A DNA stretch of 64,000 nt from Convolutriloba macropyga. Taxonomy: Eukaryota. The notes beneath the pieces are model-generated. The model was not told the DNA's origin, searched no databases, and worked only from the letters and a program-made list of their open reading frames with translations. Within the stretch, counting starts at the first letter, position 1; each line of letters begins with the position of its first letter. The position numbers and the translations under genes were made by a program. Positions 49,356 through 63,250 of the stretch are shown one piece after another. The DNA lies in the NCBI RefSeq assembly GCF_964194025.1, contig NC_134475.1, positions 44,144,001-44,208,000 on the forward strand, in the 5' to 3' direction.

Positions 49356-49786
49356 CTACCTGATGCCTTCAATTTTCCAAAAAACCTTTTAGATGATTCA
49401 GAAAAAAAAGTTCGTGCAATAGTTTTTATCCTGCACAAAGCATAGACTTGTATAGAAAAGTTTTAAATAACATTTTGAGAAAAAATTCATTTTTTGAAAA
49501 ATTTTGGTCATAGAGTTGGAAATTTTTAATTTTTAGGCTTGAAACCGTATAGAAATGTTGACGAATCTCCATTTAACTTGGGGATAATTTTACTGACTTA
49601 ATAGGCGTCATGATTTGGTAAGCCAGGATAGACGGAATGAGTATTATTTCTTTTCCACATTGTCCAGGTCCTGCTAAATTTACTTATTACGAGATGTCAT
49701 TTGCAGTCATCATAAATTTTTTGGTGACAGGTACACTTTATCAGGAAGCCCGCTTGTAATTTATCATTGCTAGTAATTTATAATAC

Positions 49787-51389
49787 AAACATAACCGACT
49801 AACGTCGGTCGAATTGCTCTCAAACGACCGGCGGGCGGTTGTCAGCACCTAACCACTGTTTAGTGAGGTTAGCTTTCGCTTGATTGAAGAGGCGTCAGGC
49901 TAGGGTAATAGACGATATTATCACGCCACATAACAGCCGCTGAAGTGAAGAGAAAGAGAAGGAAAGAAACGCCAACCAACACACACACATAGAGAGAGAA
50001 AGAGAGAGCTAGAAATTTTTTCCATGAGATTCTAGCCTTGTTAGTAACTAAATCATATAAAAAACTGAAAGTGCAACATTCAGAAGAAAACTTTCCACAT
50101 TTCGCAGTGACGAAAATGTTCAAAGAACATTTTTTGCCTCTGGATTTTTGTCATGTAACCCATCTGCAAGACTTAAAAAGCTTCGTTGGCCAGTATTAAT
50201 CGTTAAACTCAAAAAAAGACTCAAAAACTGCAAATAAAATGACAAAAATTTAAAAAAAAAATGAAAAAATCAGAAGTTTTATTAAAAAATCGATAAAATT
50301 TGTGATATTAAAAAGTTCAAAACTATTCTATCGCAATAAAAATTGTTCAGTAACCTATTATCAAAGCCTATACGAGGTTTCTTGGGGCTGGAAGAACTTA
50401 GATAATGACAAATTTTGAAAAATTTGAAAAAAAAATCAAGTTTTATCCAACAATTGCTAAAAATCGTGATGATCAAATGTTGAAAAACATTCTATTACCA
50501 CTAGAAACTATGCAGCAACGTATTATCAAACCCTTCAGGAGGTTGTCTGAACCCTGAGGCTGAAAAATCTTGAATAATGAAAATATATGTCAAAAAATTT
50601 TAAAAATATAGCAATTTTCGTCAAAAAAACCTAAAATTCGTGATGTTGAAATCTTGAAAATGATTCCATTACTTCTAGAAACTACATAGTAACCTATTAT
50701 TAAACCCTCGAGGAAGTTCCTTGGCTCTTGAGGCTGGATAAACCTAAAAAACGACAAAAACTTTCAAAAACATTGAAAAAATTTTCAAAATTTATCAAAA
50801 AAATGCAAAAAAATCGCAGTGTTGAAATGTTGAAACCATTCTATTACAACTAGAAACTATTCAATAACCTATTATCAAAAAATGATCAAATAGAAAATAT
50901 CAAATCCTAGAGTGGATTCCTTGACACCTAGGGCTGAAAAACTTAAAAAACTGACAAAAATTTTAAAATCTTGAAAAAAATTGTGAAAATTAGTATAAAT
51001 TTGTGTTTTTAGCTAGCGGTTGTTCGTCAGTAGCTAGCCACGGGTGGGGGGGAGGGTGCACGGGGGTGTCGATGGGGGTGGCGACAGTCGGGTGGGGGGG
51101 GGGGTGGGGGGCAATAGTGGGGGGGTCAGCAGTTGGGGGGGTGGGGGGGTCTTCAATCTCTAAGAACCGCTGTTCACACCATAAGTATAAGACTCCAAAA
51201 CTGTTTGAGCTGAAACAGAGCTAAAAGTCTCTAAGAGCACTTAATGCCCGCTGGGCGCTACCTGTTTATCCCGTTTTTTAGGACGAAAAGTCAAAAGCGT
51301 CAGACGAAAAATTGGTCAAGCGAAAAATCGCATAAAAAAAAGACCGACAGGACTAATATAATTGCTACAAACTTCGTTTGAGAGCAATT
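49787..51389 (-). mobile_element. Long HINE-like family 1 element with internal ~170-bp tandem repeats and G-rich tract
   Basis: CCGACTAACGTCGG stem-loop plus AATTGCTCTCAAACG; end CGTTTGAGAGCAATT; aacctattat-like anchors at ~50352, 50517, 50691 and 50866. Confidence 0.72.
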
Positions 51390-51780
51390 AAAAACTTCAG
51401 GAAAATTGACTTGTAAACGACTGGCCGTGCAATAGCCGTAGAAAAACTACATGGATTTTACTAGTGCCATTTTGCTTCTATCCCACTGTTCTCAGCTTCT
51501 GACGAAGAAAAATGATCAAACTTTACGATTCCTATTTTTTGTGAAATTCGCAGTTTTTAGAGCAGAGGGTAAATTGAAATTATTGGTAAGCTAATTAATT
51601 GCCTCAACCCTTCAAAAAAAGTGGATTTAAAACACCTCCGGGTGCAATAATTGTCAGCTTTCTATATTTTTCTCCGAGATATCTATAGTAGACCCTGAAA
51701 ATTTTGCTTCAAAAATATTAGAAAAAGCAATTGGTCCACGGACCGTTGGGTTTTAGGGGTGAAATTGGAAAAAAACCGAA

Positions 51781-54700
51781 AATTTGGAGGCCACTGACAG
51801 CTGTTCATCTGTTTCATATCCACTACCCTTTAATATGACCGCAAAATGTTTTTCCTCGGAGCTTTGAAAATGAGCAAAATTGGAAAATTGATGAGGAAAC
51901 GACCAGCGCCAATTAGTGTTTCCCTCATATTAATAAAAATGAGAGCAATCCGTTATTGCAAAAAAAATGACATTCGATAGAGGCCACCTGGCATGGGAGT
52001 TTGCGAATCGGCAACTTGAGCTTTAACAAGCTTTATTAGGCTCACTACATGCGTATGGAGACTAGAAAATCAGATTAAGGAAATATTTTCTTCGTAAAAA
52101 GTTTCCAAAAGATTCCAAAATTTTGGAAAATATTTGAACGAATCTTGTCTTTAGATGAAAGCAACTTCAATGCTAAAACAATAAAAAGCATTCAAAGTCC
52201 TGAAAAAAACTGGCGCTCAACTACTGTCTTGAAATATAGCAATATAGCTTTGTTAAAACGTTCTGTTTCGCAAACTTATCAGGTCGTTCAACAATCAAAA
52301 AAATTTCATTCCACAGCTTTAGGTTAAAAATTTAAGAGGGAGGAGAAGCTAAGACATTTTTAGTTTAAACATTTAAATTACTTTAAACTTTTCAAATTTG
52401 GAGGCCACTGACAGCTGTTCATCTGTTTTATATCCACTACCCGTTAATATGACCGCAAAATGTTTTCCCTCGGAACTTTGAAAATGAGCAAAATCGGAAA
52501 ATTGATGACGAGACGACCAGCGCCAATTAGTGTTTCGCTCTTATTAAAAAATTGAGAGCAATCCTTTATTGCAACAAAATGACATTCGATAGAGGCCTCC
52601 TGGCATGGGAGTTTGCGAATCGGCAACTTAAGCTTTAGCTGTATTAGGCTCACTACATGCGTATATATGGAGACTAAAAATTCAGATTAAGGAAATATTT
52701 TCGTCGTAAAAAGTTTCCAAAAGGTTCCAAAATTTTGGAAAATAATTGAACGAAACTTGTCTTTAGATGAAAACAATTTTAATGCTAAAACAATAAAAAC
52801 CACTCAAGTCCTGAAAAAAACCGGCGCTCAACTACTGTCTTGAAATATAGCAATATAGCTTTGTTAAAACGTTCTGTTTCGCAAACTTATCAGGTCGTTC
52901 AACAATCAAAAAAATTTCATTCCGCAGCTTTAGGTTAAAAATTTAAGAGGGAGGAGAAGCTAAGACATTTTTAGTTTAAACATTTAAATTACTTTAAACT
53001 TTTCAAATTTGGAGGCCACTGACAGCTGTTCATCTGTTTTATATCCACTACCCGTTAATATGACCGCAAAATGTTTTCCCTCGGAACTTTGAAAATGAGC
53101 AAAATCGGAAAATTGATGACGAGACGACCAGCGCCAATTAAAGTTTCGCTCTTATTAAAAAAGTGAGCGCAATCCTTTATTGCAACAAAATGACATTCGA
53201 TAGAGGCCACCTGGCATGGGAGTTTGCGAATCGGCAACTTGAGCTTTAACAAGCTTTATTAGGCTCACTACATGCGTATGGAGACTAGAAAATCAGATTA
53301 GGGAAATATTTTCTGCGTAAAAAGTTTCCCATAGGTTCTAAAATTTTGGAAAATATTTGAACGAATCTTGTCTTTAGATGAAAGCAAATTCAATGCTAAA
53401 ACAATAAAAAGCATTCAAAGTCCTGAAAAAAACTGGCGCTCAACTACTGTCTTGAAATATAGCAATATAGCTTTGTTAAATTAGGCTCACTACATGCGTA
53501 TATATGGAGACTAAAAATTCAGATTAAGGAAATATTTTCGTCGTAAAAAGTTTCCAAAAGGTTCCAAAATTTTGGAAAATAATTGAACGAAACTTGTCTT
53601 TAGATGAAAACAATTTTAATGCTAAAACAATAAAAACCACTCAAGTCCTGAAAAAAACCGGCGCTCAACTACTGTCTTGAAATATAGCAATATAGCTTTG
53701 TTAAAACGTTCTGTTTCGCAAACTTATCAGGTCGTTCAACAATCAAAAAAATTTCATTCCGCAGCTTTAGGTTAAAAATTTAAGAGGGAGGAGAAGCTAA
53801 GACATTTTTAGTTTAAACATTTAAATTACTTTAAACTTTTCAAATTTGGAGGCCACTGACAGCTGTTCATCTGTTTTATATCCACTACCCGTTAATATGA
53901 CCGCAAAATGTTTTCCCTCGGAACTTTTAAAATGAGCAAAATCGGAAAATTGATGACGAGACGACCAGCGCCAATTAAAGTTTCGCTCTTATTAAAAAAG
54001 TGAGCGCAATCCTTTATTGCAACAAAATGACATTCGATAGAGGCCACCTGGCATGGGAGTTTGCGAATCGGCAACTTGAGCTTTAACAAGCTTTATTAGG
54101 CTCACTACATGCGTATGGAGACTAGAAAATCAGATTAGGGAAATATTTTCTTCGTAAAAAGTTTCCCATAGGTTCTAAAATTTTGGAAAATATTTGAACG
54201 AATCTTGTCTTTAGATGAAAGCAAATTCAATGCTAAAACAATAAAAAGCATTCAAAGTCCTGAAAAAAACTGGCGCTCAACTACTGTCTTGAAATATAGC
54301 AATATAGCTTTGTTAAAACGTTCTGTTTCGCAAACTTATCAGGTCGTTCAACAATCAAAAAAATTTCATTCCGCAGCTTTAGGTTAAAAATTTAAGAGGG
54401 AGGAGAAACTAAGACATTTTTAGTTTAAACATTTAAATTACTTTAAACTTTTCAAATTTGGAGGCCACTGACAGCTGTTCATCTGTTTTATATCCACTAC
54501 CCGTTAATATGACCGCAAAATGTTTTCCCTCGGAACTTTGAAAATGAGCAAAATCGGAAAATTGATGACGAGACGACCAGCGCCAATTAGTGTTTCGCTC
54601 TTATTAAAAAAGTGAGAGCAATCCTTTATTGCAACAAAATGACATTCGATAGAGGCCTCCTGGCATGGGAGTTTGCGAATCGGCAACTTAAGCTTTAACA

Positions 54701-57700
54701 TGCTGTATTAGGCTCACTACATGCGTATATATGGAGACTAAAAATTCAGATTAAGGAAATATTCTCGTCGTAAAAAGTTTCCAAAAGGTTCCAAAATTTT
54801 GGAAAATAATTGAACGAAACTTGTCTTTAGATGAAAACAATTTTAATGCTAAAACAATAAAAACCACTCAAGTCCTGAAAAAAACCGGCGCTCAACTACT
54901 GTCTTGAAATATAGCAATATAGCTTTGTTGAAACGTTCTGTTTCGCAAACTTATCAGGTCGTTCAACAATCAAAAAAATTTCATTCCGCAGCTTTAGGTT
55001 AAAAATTTAAGAGGGAGGAGAAACTAAGACATTTTTAGTTTAAACATTTAAAATACTTTAAACTTTTCAAATTTGGAGGCCACTGACAGCTGTTCATCGG
55101 TTTTATATCCACTACCCGTTAATATGACCGCAAAATGTTTTCCCTCGGAACTTTGAAAATGAGCAAAATCGGAAAATTGATGACGAGACGACCAGCGCCA
55201 ATTAGTGTTTCGCTCTTATTAAAAAATTGAGAGCAATCCTTTATTGCAACAAAATGACATTCGATAGAGGCCTCCTGGCATGGGAGTTTGCGAATCGGCA
55301 ACTTAAGCTTTAGCTGTATTAGGCTCACTACATGCGTATATATGGAGACTAAAAATTCAGATTAAGGAAATATTTTCGTCGTAAAAAGTTTCCAAAAGGT
55401 TCCAAAATTTTGGAAAATAATTGAACGAAACTTGTCTTTAGATGAAAACAATTTTAATGCTAAAACAATAAAAACCACTCAAGTCCTGAAAAAAACCGGC
55501 GCTCAACTACTGTCTTGAAATATAGCAATATAGCTTTGTTAAAACGTTCTGTTTCGCAAACTTATCAGGTCGTTCAACAATCAAAAAAATTTCATTCCGC
55601 AGCTTTAGGTTAAAAATTTAAGAGGGAGGAGAAGCTAAGACATTTTTAGTTTAAACATTTAAATTACTTTAAACTTTTCAAATTTGGAGGCCACTGACAG
55701 CTGTTCATCTGTTTTATATCCACTACCCGTTAATATGACCGCAAAATGTTTTCCCTCGGAACTTTGAAAATGAGCAAAATCGGAAAATTGATGACGAGAC
55801 GACCAGCGCCAATTAAAGTTTCGCTCTTATTAAAAAAGTGAGCGCAATCCTTTATTGCAACAAAATGACATTCGATAGAGGCCACCTGGCATGGGAGTTT
55901 GCGAATCGGCAACTTGAGCTTTAACAAGCTTTATTAGGCTCACTACATGCGTATGGAGACTAGAAAATCAGATTAGGGAAATATTTTCTGCGTAAAAAGT
56001 TTCCCATAGGTTCTAAAATTTTGGAAAATATTTGAACGAATCTTGTCTTTAGATGAAAGCAAATTCAATGCTAAAACAATAAAAAGCATTCAAAGTCCTG
56101 AAAAAAACTGGCGCTCAACTACTGTCTTGAAATATAGCAATATAGCTTTGTTAAATTAGGCTCACTACATGCGTATATATGGAGACTAAAAATTCAGATT
56201 AAGGAAATATTTTCGTCGTAAAAAGTTTCCAAAAGGTTCCAAAATTTTGGAAAATAATTGAACGAAACTTGTCTTTAGATGAAAACAATTTTAATGCTAA
56301 AACAATAAAAACCACTCAAGTCCTGAAAAAAACCGGCGCTCAACTACTGTCTTGAAATATAGCAATATAGCTTTGTTAAAACGTTCTGTTTCGCAAACTT
56401 ATCAGGTCGTTCAACAATCAAAAAAATTTCATTCCGCAGCTTTAGGTTAAAAATTTAAGAGGGAGGAGAAGCTAAGACATTTTTAGTTTAAACATTTAAA
56501 TTACTTTAAACTTTTCAAATTTGGAGGCCACTGACAGCTGTTCATCTGTTTTATATCCACTACCCGTTAATATGACCGCAAAATGTTTTCCCTCGGAACT
56601 TTTAAAATGAGCAAAATCGGAAAATTGATGACGAGACGACCAGCGCCAATTAAAGTTTCGCTCTTATTAAAAAAGTGAGCGCAATCCTTTATTGCAACAA
56701 AATGACATTCGATAGAGGCCACCTGGCATGGGAGTTTGCGAATCGGCAACTTGAGCTTTAACAAGCTTTATTAGGCTCACTACATGCGTATGGAGACTAG
56801 AAAATCAGATTAGGGAAATATTTTCTTCGTAAAAAGTTTCCCATAGGTTCTAAAATTTTGGAAAATATTTGAACGAATCTTGTCTTTAGATGAAAGCAAA
56901 TTCAATGCTAAAACAATAAAAAGCATTCAAAGTCCTGAAAAAAACTGGCGCTCAACTACTGTCTTGAAATATAGCAATATAGCTTTGTTAAAACGTTCTG
57001 TTTCGCAAACTTATCAGGTCGTTCAACAATCAAAAAAATTTCATTCCGCAGCTTTAGGTTAAAAATTTAAGAGGGAGGAGAAACTAAGACATTTTTAGTT
57101 TAAACATTTAAATTACTTTAAACTTTTCAAATTTGGAGGCCACTGACAGCTGTTCATCTGTTTTATATCCACTACCCGTTAATATGACCGCAAAATGTTT
57201 TCCCTCGGAACTTTGAAAATGAGCAAAATCGGAAAATTGATGACGAGACGACCAGCGCCAATTAGTGTTTCGCTCTTATTAAAAAAGTGAGAGCAATCCT
57301 TTATTGCAACAAAATGACATTCGATAGAGGCCTCCTGGCATGGGAGTTTGCGAATCGGCAACTTAAGCTTTAACATGCTGTATTAGGCTCACTACATGCG
57401 TATATATGGAGACTAAAAATTCAGATTAAGGAAATATTCTCGTCGTAAAAAGTTTCCAAAAGGTTCCAAAATTTTGGAAAATAATTGAACGAAACTTGTC
57501 TTTAGATGAAAACAATTTTAATGCTAAAACAATAAAAACCACTCAAGTCCTGAAAAAAACCGGCGCTCAACTACTGTCTTGAAATATAGCAATATAGCTT
57601 TGTTGAAACGTTCTGTTTCGCAAACTTATCAGGTCGTTCAACAATCAAAAAAATTTCATTCCGCAGCTTTAGGTTAAAAATTTAAGAGGGAGGAGAAACT

Positions 57701-58286
57701 AAGACATTTTTAGTTTAAACATTTAAAATACTTTAAACTTTTCAAATTTGGAGGCCACTGACAGCTGTTCATCGGTTTTATATCCACTACCCGTTAATAT
57801 GACCGCAAAATGTTTTCCCTCGGAACTTTGAAAATGAGCAAAATCGGAAAATTGATGACGAGACGACCAGCGCCAATTAGTGTTTCGCTCTTATTAATAA
57901 AAGTGAGAGCAATCCTTTATTGCAACAAAATGACATTCGATAGAGGCCTCCTGCCATGGGAGTTTGCAAATCGGCAACTTAAGCTTTAACATGCTGTATT
58001 AGGCTCACTACATGCGTATATGGCGACTAGAAATTCAGATTAAGGAAATATTTTTCTTCGTAAAATTTTCCAAAAGGTTCCAAAATTTAGGAAAATAATT
58101 GAACGAACCTTGTCCTTAGATGAAAATAATTTTAATGCTAAAATAATACAAACACTCAAAGTCCTGAAAAAAGTGGTGCTCAACTACTGTCTTGAAATAT
58201 AGCAATATAGCGTTGTTAAAAATTTAAAAGGGAGGAGAAACAAAGACATTTTTAGTACAAACTTTTAAATTACTTTAAACTTTTCA
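51781..58286. repeat. Tandem satellite, ~612-bp unit, about 10 units, with a 2675-bp higher-order repeat
   Basis: aaatttggaggccactgacagc at ~51781, 52394, 53005, 53842, 54454, 55069, 55680, 56517, 57129 and 57744. Confidence 0.97.
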
Positions 58287-58379
58287 AGACAAAAATTTTA
58301 CTCATGAAGACATTAGTTGGGGGGGGGGGGGGGGGTGGATGGGGGATAGAAGGTATAGATTTTGTGTAAACCAACTTAC

Positions 58380-58655
58380 AAAGCTGCCTGGACCATGGCT
58401 GTAGTCGCCCAGTGTATCTGACCAGAGGTAGACAATATCCTCATAATAGTTCCTCCACATGCAAACATCAACAGCGCCACAGTTATCACAGCACACCCCA
58501 TGTAGAAACGCAAATTGGCCTCGAAATCCGATTGGGCTGCAGTTGTTGACTTGGACGGAAAGCCCAAAACTGGAGGTTGGATGACCAGAATGGCCCCTAC
58601 CATTGCACCAAATGCGCACAGTATTTGGAAAAGGGAAGGCTTCTCTCCTAAAACG
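58380..58655 (-). CDS. SLC35G/EamA-like transporter, upstream internal exon
   Basis: VLGEKPSLFQILCAFGAMVGAILVIQPPVLGF resembles the LxEK...GVILIVRPPFLF region of SLC35G proteins; TTTTAG acceptor and GTAAGT donor (phase 2). Confidence 0.72.
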
Positions 58656-60479
58656 CTAAAATTATATATCTACTTTAACCAAATATGCTCGCCAGTGAAA
58701 AATTTTTTTCTTTACATGCACCTTTTTGCTCACCCAACAGAGTAGCATTGTGATAATTTGTCAACACAATGAGAAGGGACAAGCATTCATCTTGTCTCAT
58801 CCAAGGAGTGTGCAGATCAAGGTAAACTGATGAAAGCGGAAGAAAGAATATAATGGACGGATAAATCGAGATTTTCACTGCCGATTAACTGTTCAAACTG
58901 AAATCTAAACTTTACCAAAATCAGACAAAAACAACATATAAGAAGGACAGACTGTAACAAAACCCTTCAACGAAAGCGTAAATTTAACTTATCAACTTAT
59001 CCAATAACTCATCAAATAGGTCAATAAGACAAGTTCAAACACTACGCCGCAAAACGTGGATCTATTCTGTTCCCCCCACCCAGCTTAGTGCGCTTATAAC
59101 TTTTACGCTCCCCAGTCACACGTGCTAGTTTCTTAACATAGTAACGTGCTATATAAGAACATAAAATTTGTAACGGGGGGGGGTGGGGGGGGGTTGTAAA
59201 AACACTGTCGGCAGATTTATCAAATTTGAACTAAATTCCCTTTTTTGTCACTCTTTTTCACCTCGTTTATAACTAATGGGCCGCAAAACTCCCCGACAAA
59301 ATCAAGCCAATATGCTAGTTTCATTGTTTGTTTTGCGGCGTATAGACAGAAGAAAGAACACGCAAATTAGAGGAAAAAATTTTCGAGCTGTAGTTTGTTG
59401 CGCTATAATTCTTCATCACCGAAATTTTTCTCAAAGTTTCAGTCCGGATTGCCTCGCACATATTAAGAAATTCAATGAGTAAAAACGGAAAAATCAAAAC
59501 CATTTAAAAATACCGCGACCGCACTAACATGAGGTCGGTAATTCAAAAATGGTGCTCAGAATTACAGAACAAAGACAAATTAATACAACCGACTACTGTC
59601 AGTCGAATCGCTTTGAAACTGCAAGCGGGGTCGATTTTGCCTCGCTTTGGCCGGGAAAGGCTAACGTTAATAAAGGGCTAAAATATGGTATAAGACGTTA
59701 TTACAGATCACAATAAAGATTAAAATGAAACCAAATTGGGCGGTTTTAGAAGAATTGCCACAAATTTAATTAGAGGCTTACATTCTGAATGTTAGCAATT
59801 AAAATCATACAAGAAATCAAGCAAAGCATGAAACTCAAAAAGTTACATTCAGACACACTAAAAATTCAAGAAGATTTTTTGTCGACAAATTTTCTAATTA
59901 TAGTTCTCTCAAAAACCTTATCAACTAATGCCTGACCAATTTATCTCAAACGACTGGACGGGCATGTGGGCTGGTTTACAGCTCCAACAGTTGCTTCTCG
60001 AACCACTAATTAAAGTTTTCTCAGCAGCTTCGCCAAATCTCATATTTAGAGACTAGTAACGCTCTCAGAGGAGTGCGTAACGACTTAATGACGTTGGTCA
60101 ATACCAATTCATTCCCTTTCTCAAGACAGCAATTCCTAATTGAAACGCTTTTTAATTTCTGTAGTAAAAAACTGAAAAACGTTAACCAGATAGAAATTCA
60201 AATAAAAAGACAACCAGGAGTGAACGAGCCATTACTCAGTATTCTTCACAAATGGTTTTCCTATTTATTAAGCGAGATTTCCTAGCACTAGTGAAGTGAC
60301 ATTAATTTGTATTACCCTCGTTTTAGAGGAGTTTTGGGTAAATAAACAAAACGAGCGAATTTTTCCACAGCGATAAAAGTCGACGAATTTGGACCTCATT
60401 TTCGTTGACTTCTCCAATTTTCTGAAACAATAATAATGTTCACTCCATTGACTAAATATCTCGGCTATTTTAACTCTAT

Positions 60480-62060
60480 GCTAATCTTTCAATTCACTGC
60501 CTGTACTATTAGTCACAGAAAAAGTAATTACATCACCCCCACTCAACTTCTTAACAACAACTTTTTATTATTTTAAGAAGAAAGATTTAAGAACACGTTT
60601 CTTAATTTGCAATCATCTTGTTCATTTCGTAAATAAATCTTTTAAAGATGGTAAATTTCCAAGTATTCTAAAACCAGCTAAAATTGTACTTCTGCACAAG
60701 GCAGGGGCGAAAGACGAGGTAAATAACTACCAACCAATTTCGCTTCTCATTGTATGGAGTAAAGTTCTTCAACGCGTTATGTATAATCGAACTTATACTT
60801 GCTTCGAAACTTTCGATTTGTTCCATCCTAATCAATTTGGTTTTCGAAAAAAACATAGCACTATTGACGCCATTGCAAAACTAACAGAAACAGATCGTGA
60901 GAGCTGCAATTGTAAGGTAGCCACATTTTTTATTGACTTAAGAAAGGCTTTTGACACGATAGACCACGAAATCGTATTACAAAAGCATGAACTATATGGT
61001 ATAATATGAGTTTGCCTAAGAGGGATTTGTGATTATTTATCGGAAAGACAGCAATTTTTTTTCAGTCAATAATTCCAGTTGCAACTCCAGCTGGCTGAAG
61101 TTAAACTGTGGAGTTCCACAAGGCTCGATTCCTGGCCCGCTACTTTTTTGATATACATAAATAAACCTTCAAGACGTGTGCCAAGTCTTCAGAAGTTTTC
61201 TCATCGCAGATGATACCAACTTAACAGCAGACAAAAGTGATTTTGAATCAATGCAAAACTATTCGGTCATTGTAGAGAAATGGCTCGACGCTATCAAAAC
61301 TTGTGAAATGAATATTAAAATAGGAAACAGTCCCTCTGATGTCAATAGGTTTCCGTATTTAAATTAAATTCTGTTAATATAAATGAGTCTGAAAGCTGCA
61401 AGTCTCTCAAAGTGCGTTTGGACAAAAAATAAAAATCACAGAGCACATTGAGGAAGTGAAAAAAAGTTAGCAATGCAGTGCGGATTAGTGTCAAAAATAA
61501 GGCATTATGTACCAAGAAGGGTCTTACTCCAGTTTTATTAATCAAATATCAAACCAGTCATCCAATATGGTGTGCTGATATATGGATGTGTAAGCATTCC
61601 CGCCTTGAAACCTTTAGTTCTATTGCAAAAAAAGTTGACAGACTCATTCTGTTCCAGAAATACAGAAATGAAACTCAATTTTTTTGAGAACTGCAAAGTC
61701 TTAACTGCTCACAAAATACATATTTACGAACTTCTTAAATTTGAAACAAAATCAGTGTATAAAATGCACACAGATACATATCTTAATGAGTTATTTTCTT
61801 TTGAATTCCGATCAAACAATTTAACAAGATCATTGCAATGGTTTTTGAAAATACCAAAGTGTAAACGAAAGTTCGAAAGGAATTCAATGAGATACAGAGG
61901 TGCCAATTTACTTAATCTTTTTTTATTGAAAACAATGTGTTACTATCAAACTATAATGAGTTTTCTAGTTGTTCGTTTGTCACTCCGGTGCACAAGATTA
62001 GAGATAACTACATTTATCGAGTTATAAGTTAACAAAAACAATCTTCTAATTGCTACTTTG
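60480..62060 (+). mobile_element. Heavily decayed LINE (RT region)
   Basis: NQFGFRKKHST, FIDLRKAFDTIDH, GVPQGS and IADDT remnants with many stops and frameshifts. Confidence 0.88.
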
Positions 62061-62447
62061 TGTACACCTTTCGCGGATTTTTTTTTTTAAATTATTCAAA
62101 AGACATTACTGAATGATTCCATTTGCTGTCGCAGGGGCTTCCTAAATGGGTAAAAAGTTGTCAAAAATAGAAAATTCCAAACAAATTGAGAATTTCATCT
62201 ATTTTTCTGCTTAGATTTTTTTCTTTTTTTTTGAAGTGATATCCAATTGCAAAAGAATTGAGGGCAGTGCTCAGTGATCCAGTCGGATCCGTAAACTGTC
62301 CTCTCTGAGTGCATAATGGTTTTATGTGTAATGCAATGATAACTTGACGCTTTCTGATCTTGAACTCTAAAAGTAGGAAATTTTGTCACGTGTTATATTC
62401 TGATGTTCAGAGGAATTATTTATACTCAGAGGAATTAACTCTCTCTT

Positions 62448-62789
62448 NNNNNNNNNNNNNNNNNNNNNNNNNNNNNNNNNNNNNNNNNNNNNNNNNNNNN
62501 NNNNNNNNNNNNNNNNNNNNNNNNNNNNNNNNNNNNNNNNNNNNNNNNNNNNNNNNNNNNNNNNNNNNNNNNNNNNNNNNNNNNNNNNNNNNNNNNNNNN
62601 NNNNNNNNNNNNNNNNNNNNNNNNNNNNNNNNNNNNNNNNNNNNNNNNNNNNNNNNNNNNNNNNNNNNNNNNNNNNNNNNNNNNNNNNNNNNNNNNNNNN
62701 NNNNNNNNNNNNNNNNNNNNNNNNNNNNNNNNNNNNNNNNNNNNNNNNNNNNNNNNNNNNNNNNNNNNNNNNNNNNNNNNNNNNNNNNN
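62448..62789. other. Assembly gap (N run)
   Basis: Direct. Confidence 1.
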
Positions 62790-63119
62790 TCACTCAAAAT
62801 TGCAAAAGAAAAAAAATGACAGGACAACACAGCCCCTTGTGATTTTTAGTTGAACAATAAAGTTTACTTTGAAAAACTGCACCAAAACTATCATCATCCA
62901 ATGAATAAAAAAATTATTTAAAGTTATTTCCACAGAATAATCAGTATACTTGAAACTGAAAAACCAACTCCGTAGTCTTTCAACTTGCATTTTGAGACAT
63001 GGTTCATGCAGACATTCTCATACTTTTTCCCCGCACTATGTTTCAGTTCAAAGAAGTTAGTACAAAACGATTGAATATGCTGTTTAACCTTTAAATTAAT
63101 TTAGGCAGTTCATATCGTG

Positions 63120-63250
63120 TCCGGACAAAACAGTCCCTGACAAAACAGTCCCTGACAAAACAGTCGCAGACAAAACAGTCCCAAATTGCAAAATATTCCC
63201 AGACAAAATAGTCCGATAAAAGCAGAAAAAATAGCCCCAGACAAAATAGA
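63120..63250. repeat. Short tandem GACAAAACAGTCCC-like repeats, probably a DNA-transposon subterminal array
   Basis: Four close ~15-bp copies plus degenerate ones. Confidence 0.7.

Noticed and set aside
52145-57376. Repeated 60-69-aa ORFs as a tandem gene family
   Set aside because: Chance ORFs in satellite units with non-ATG starts and no recognisable motifs.
62360-62842. ORFs spanning X runs
   Set aside because: Artefacts of the N gap.
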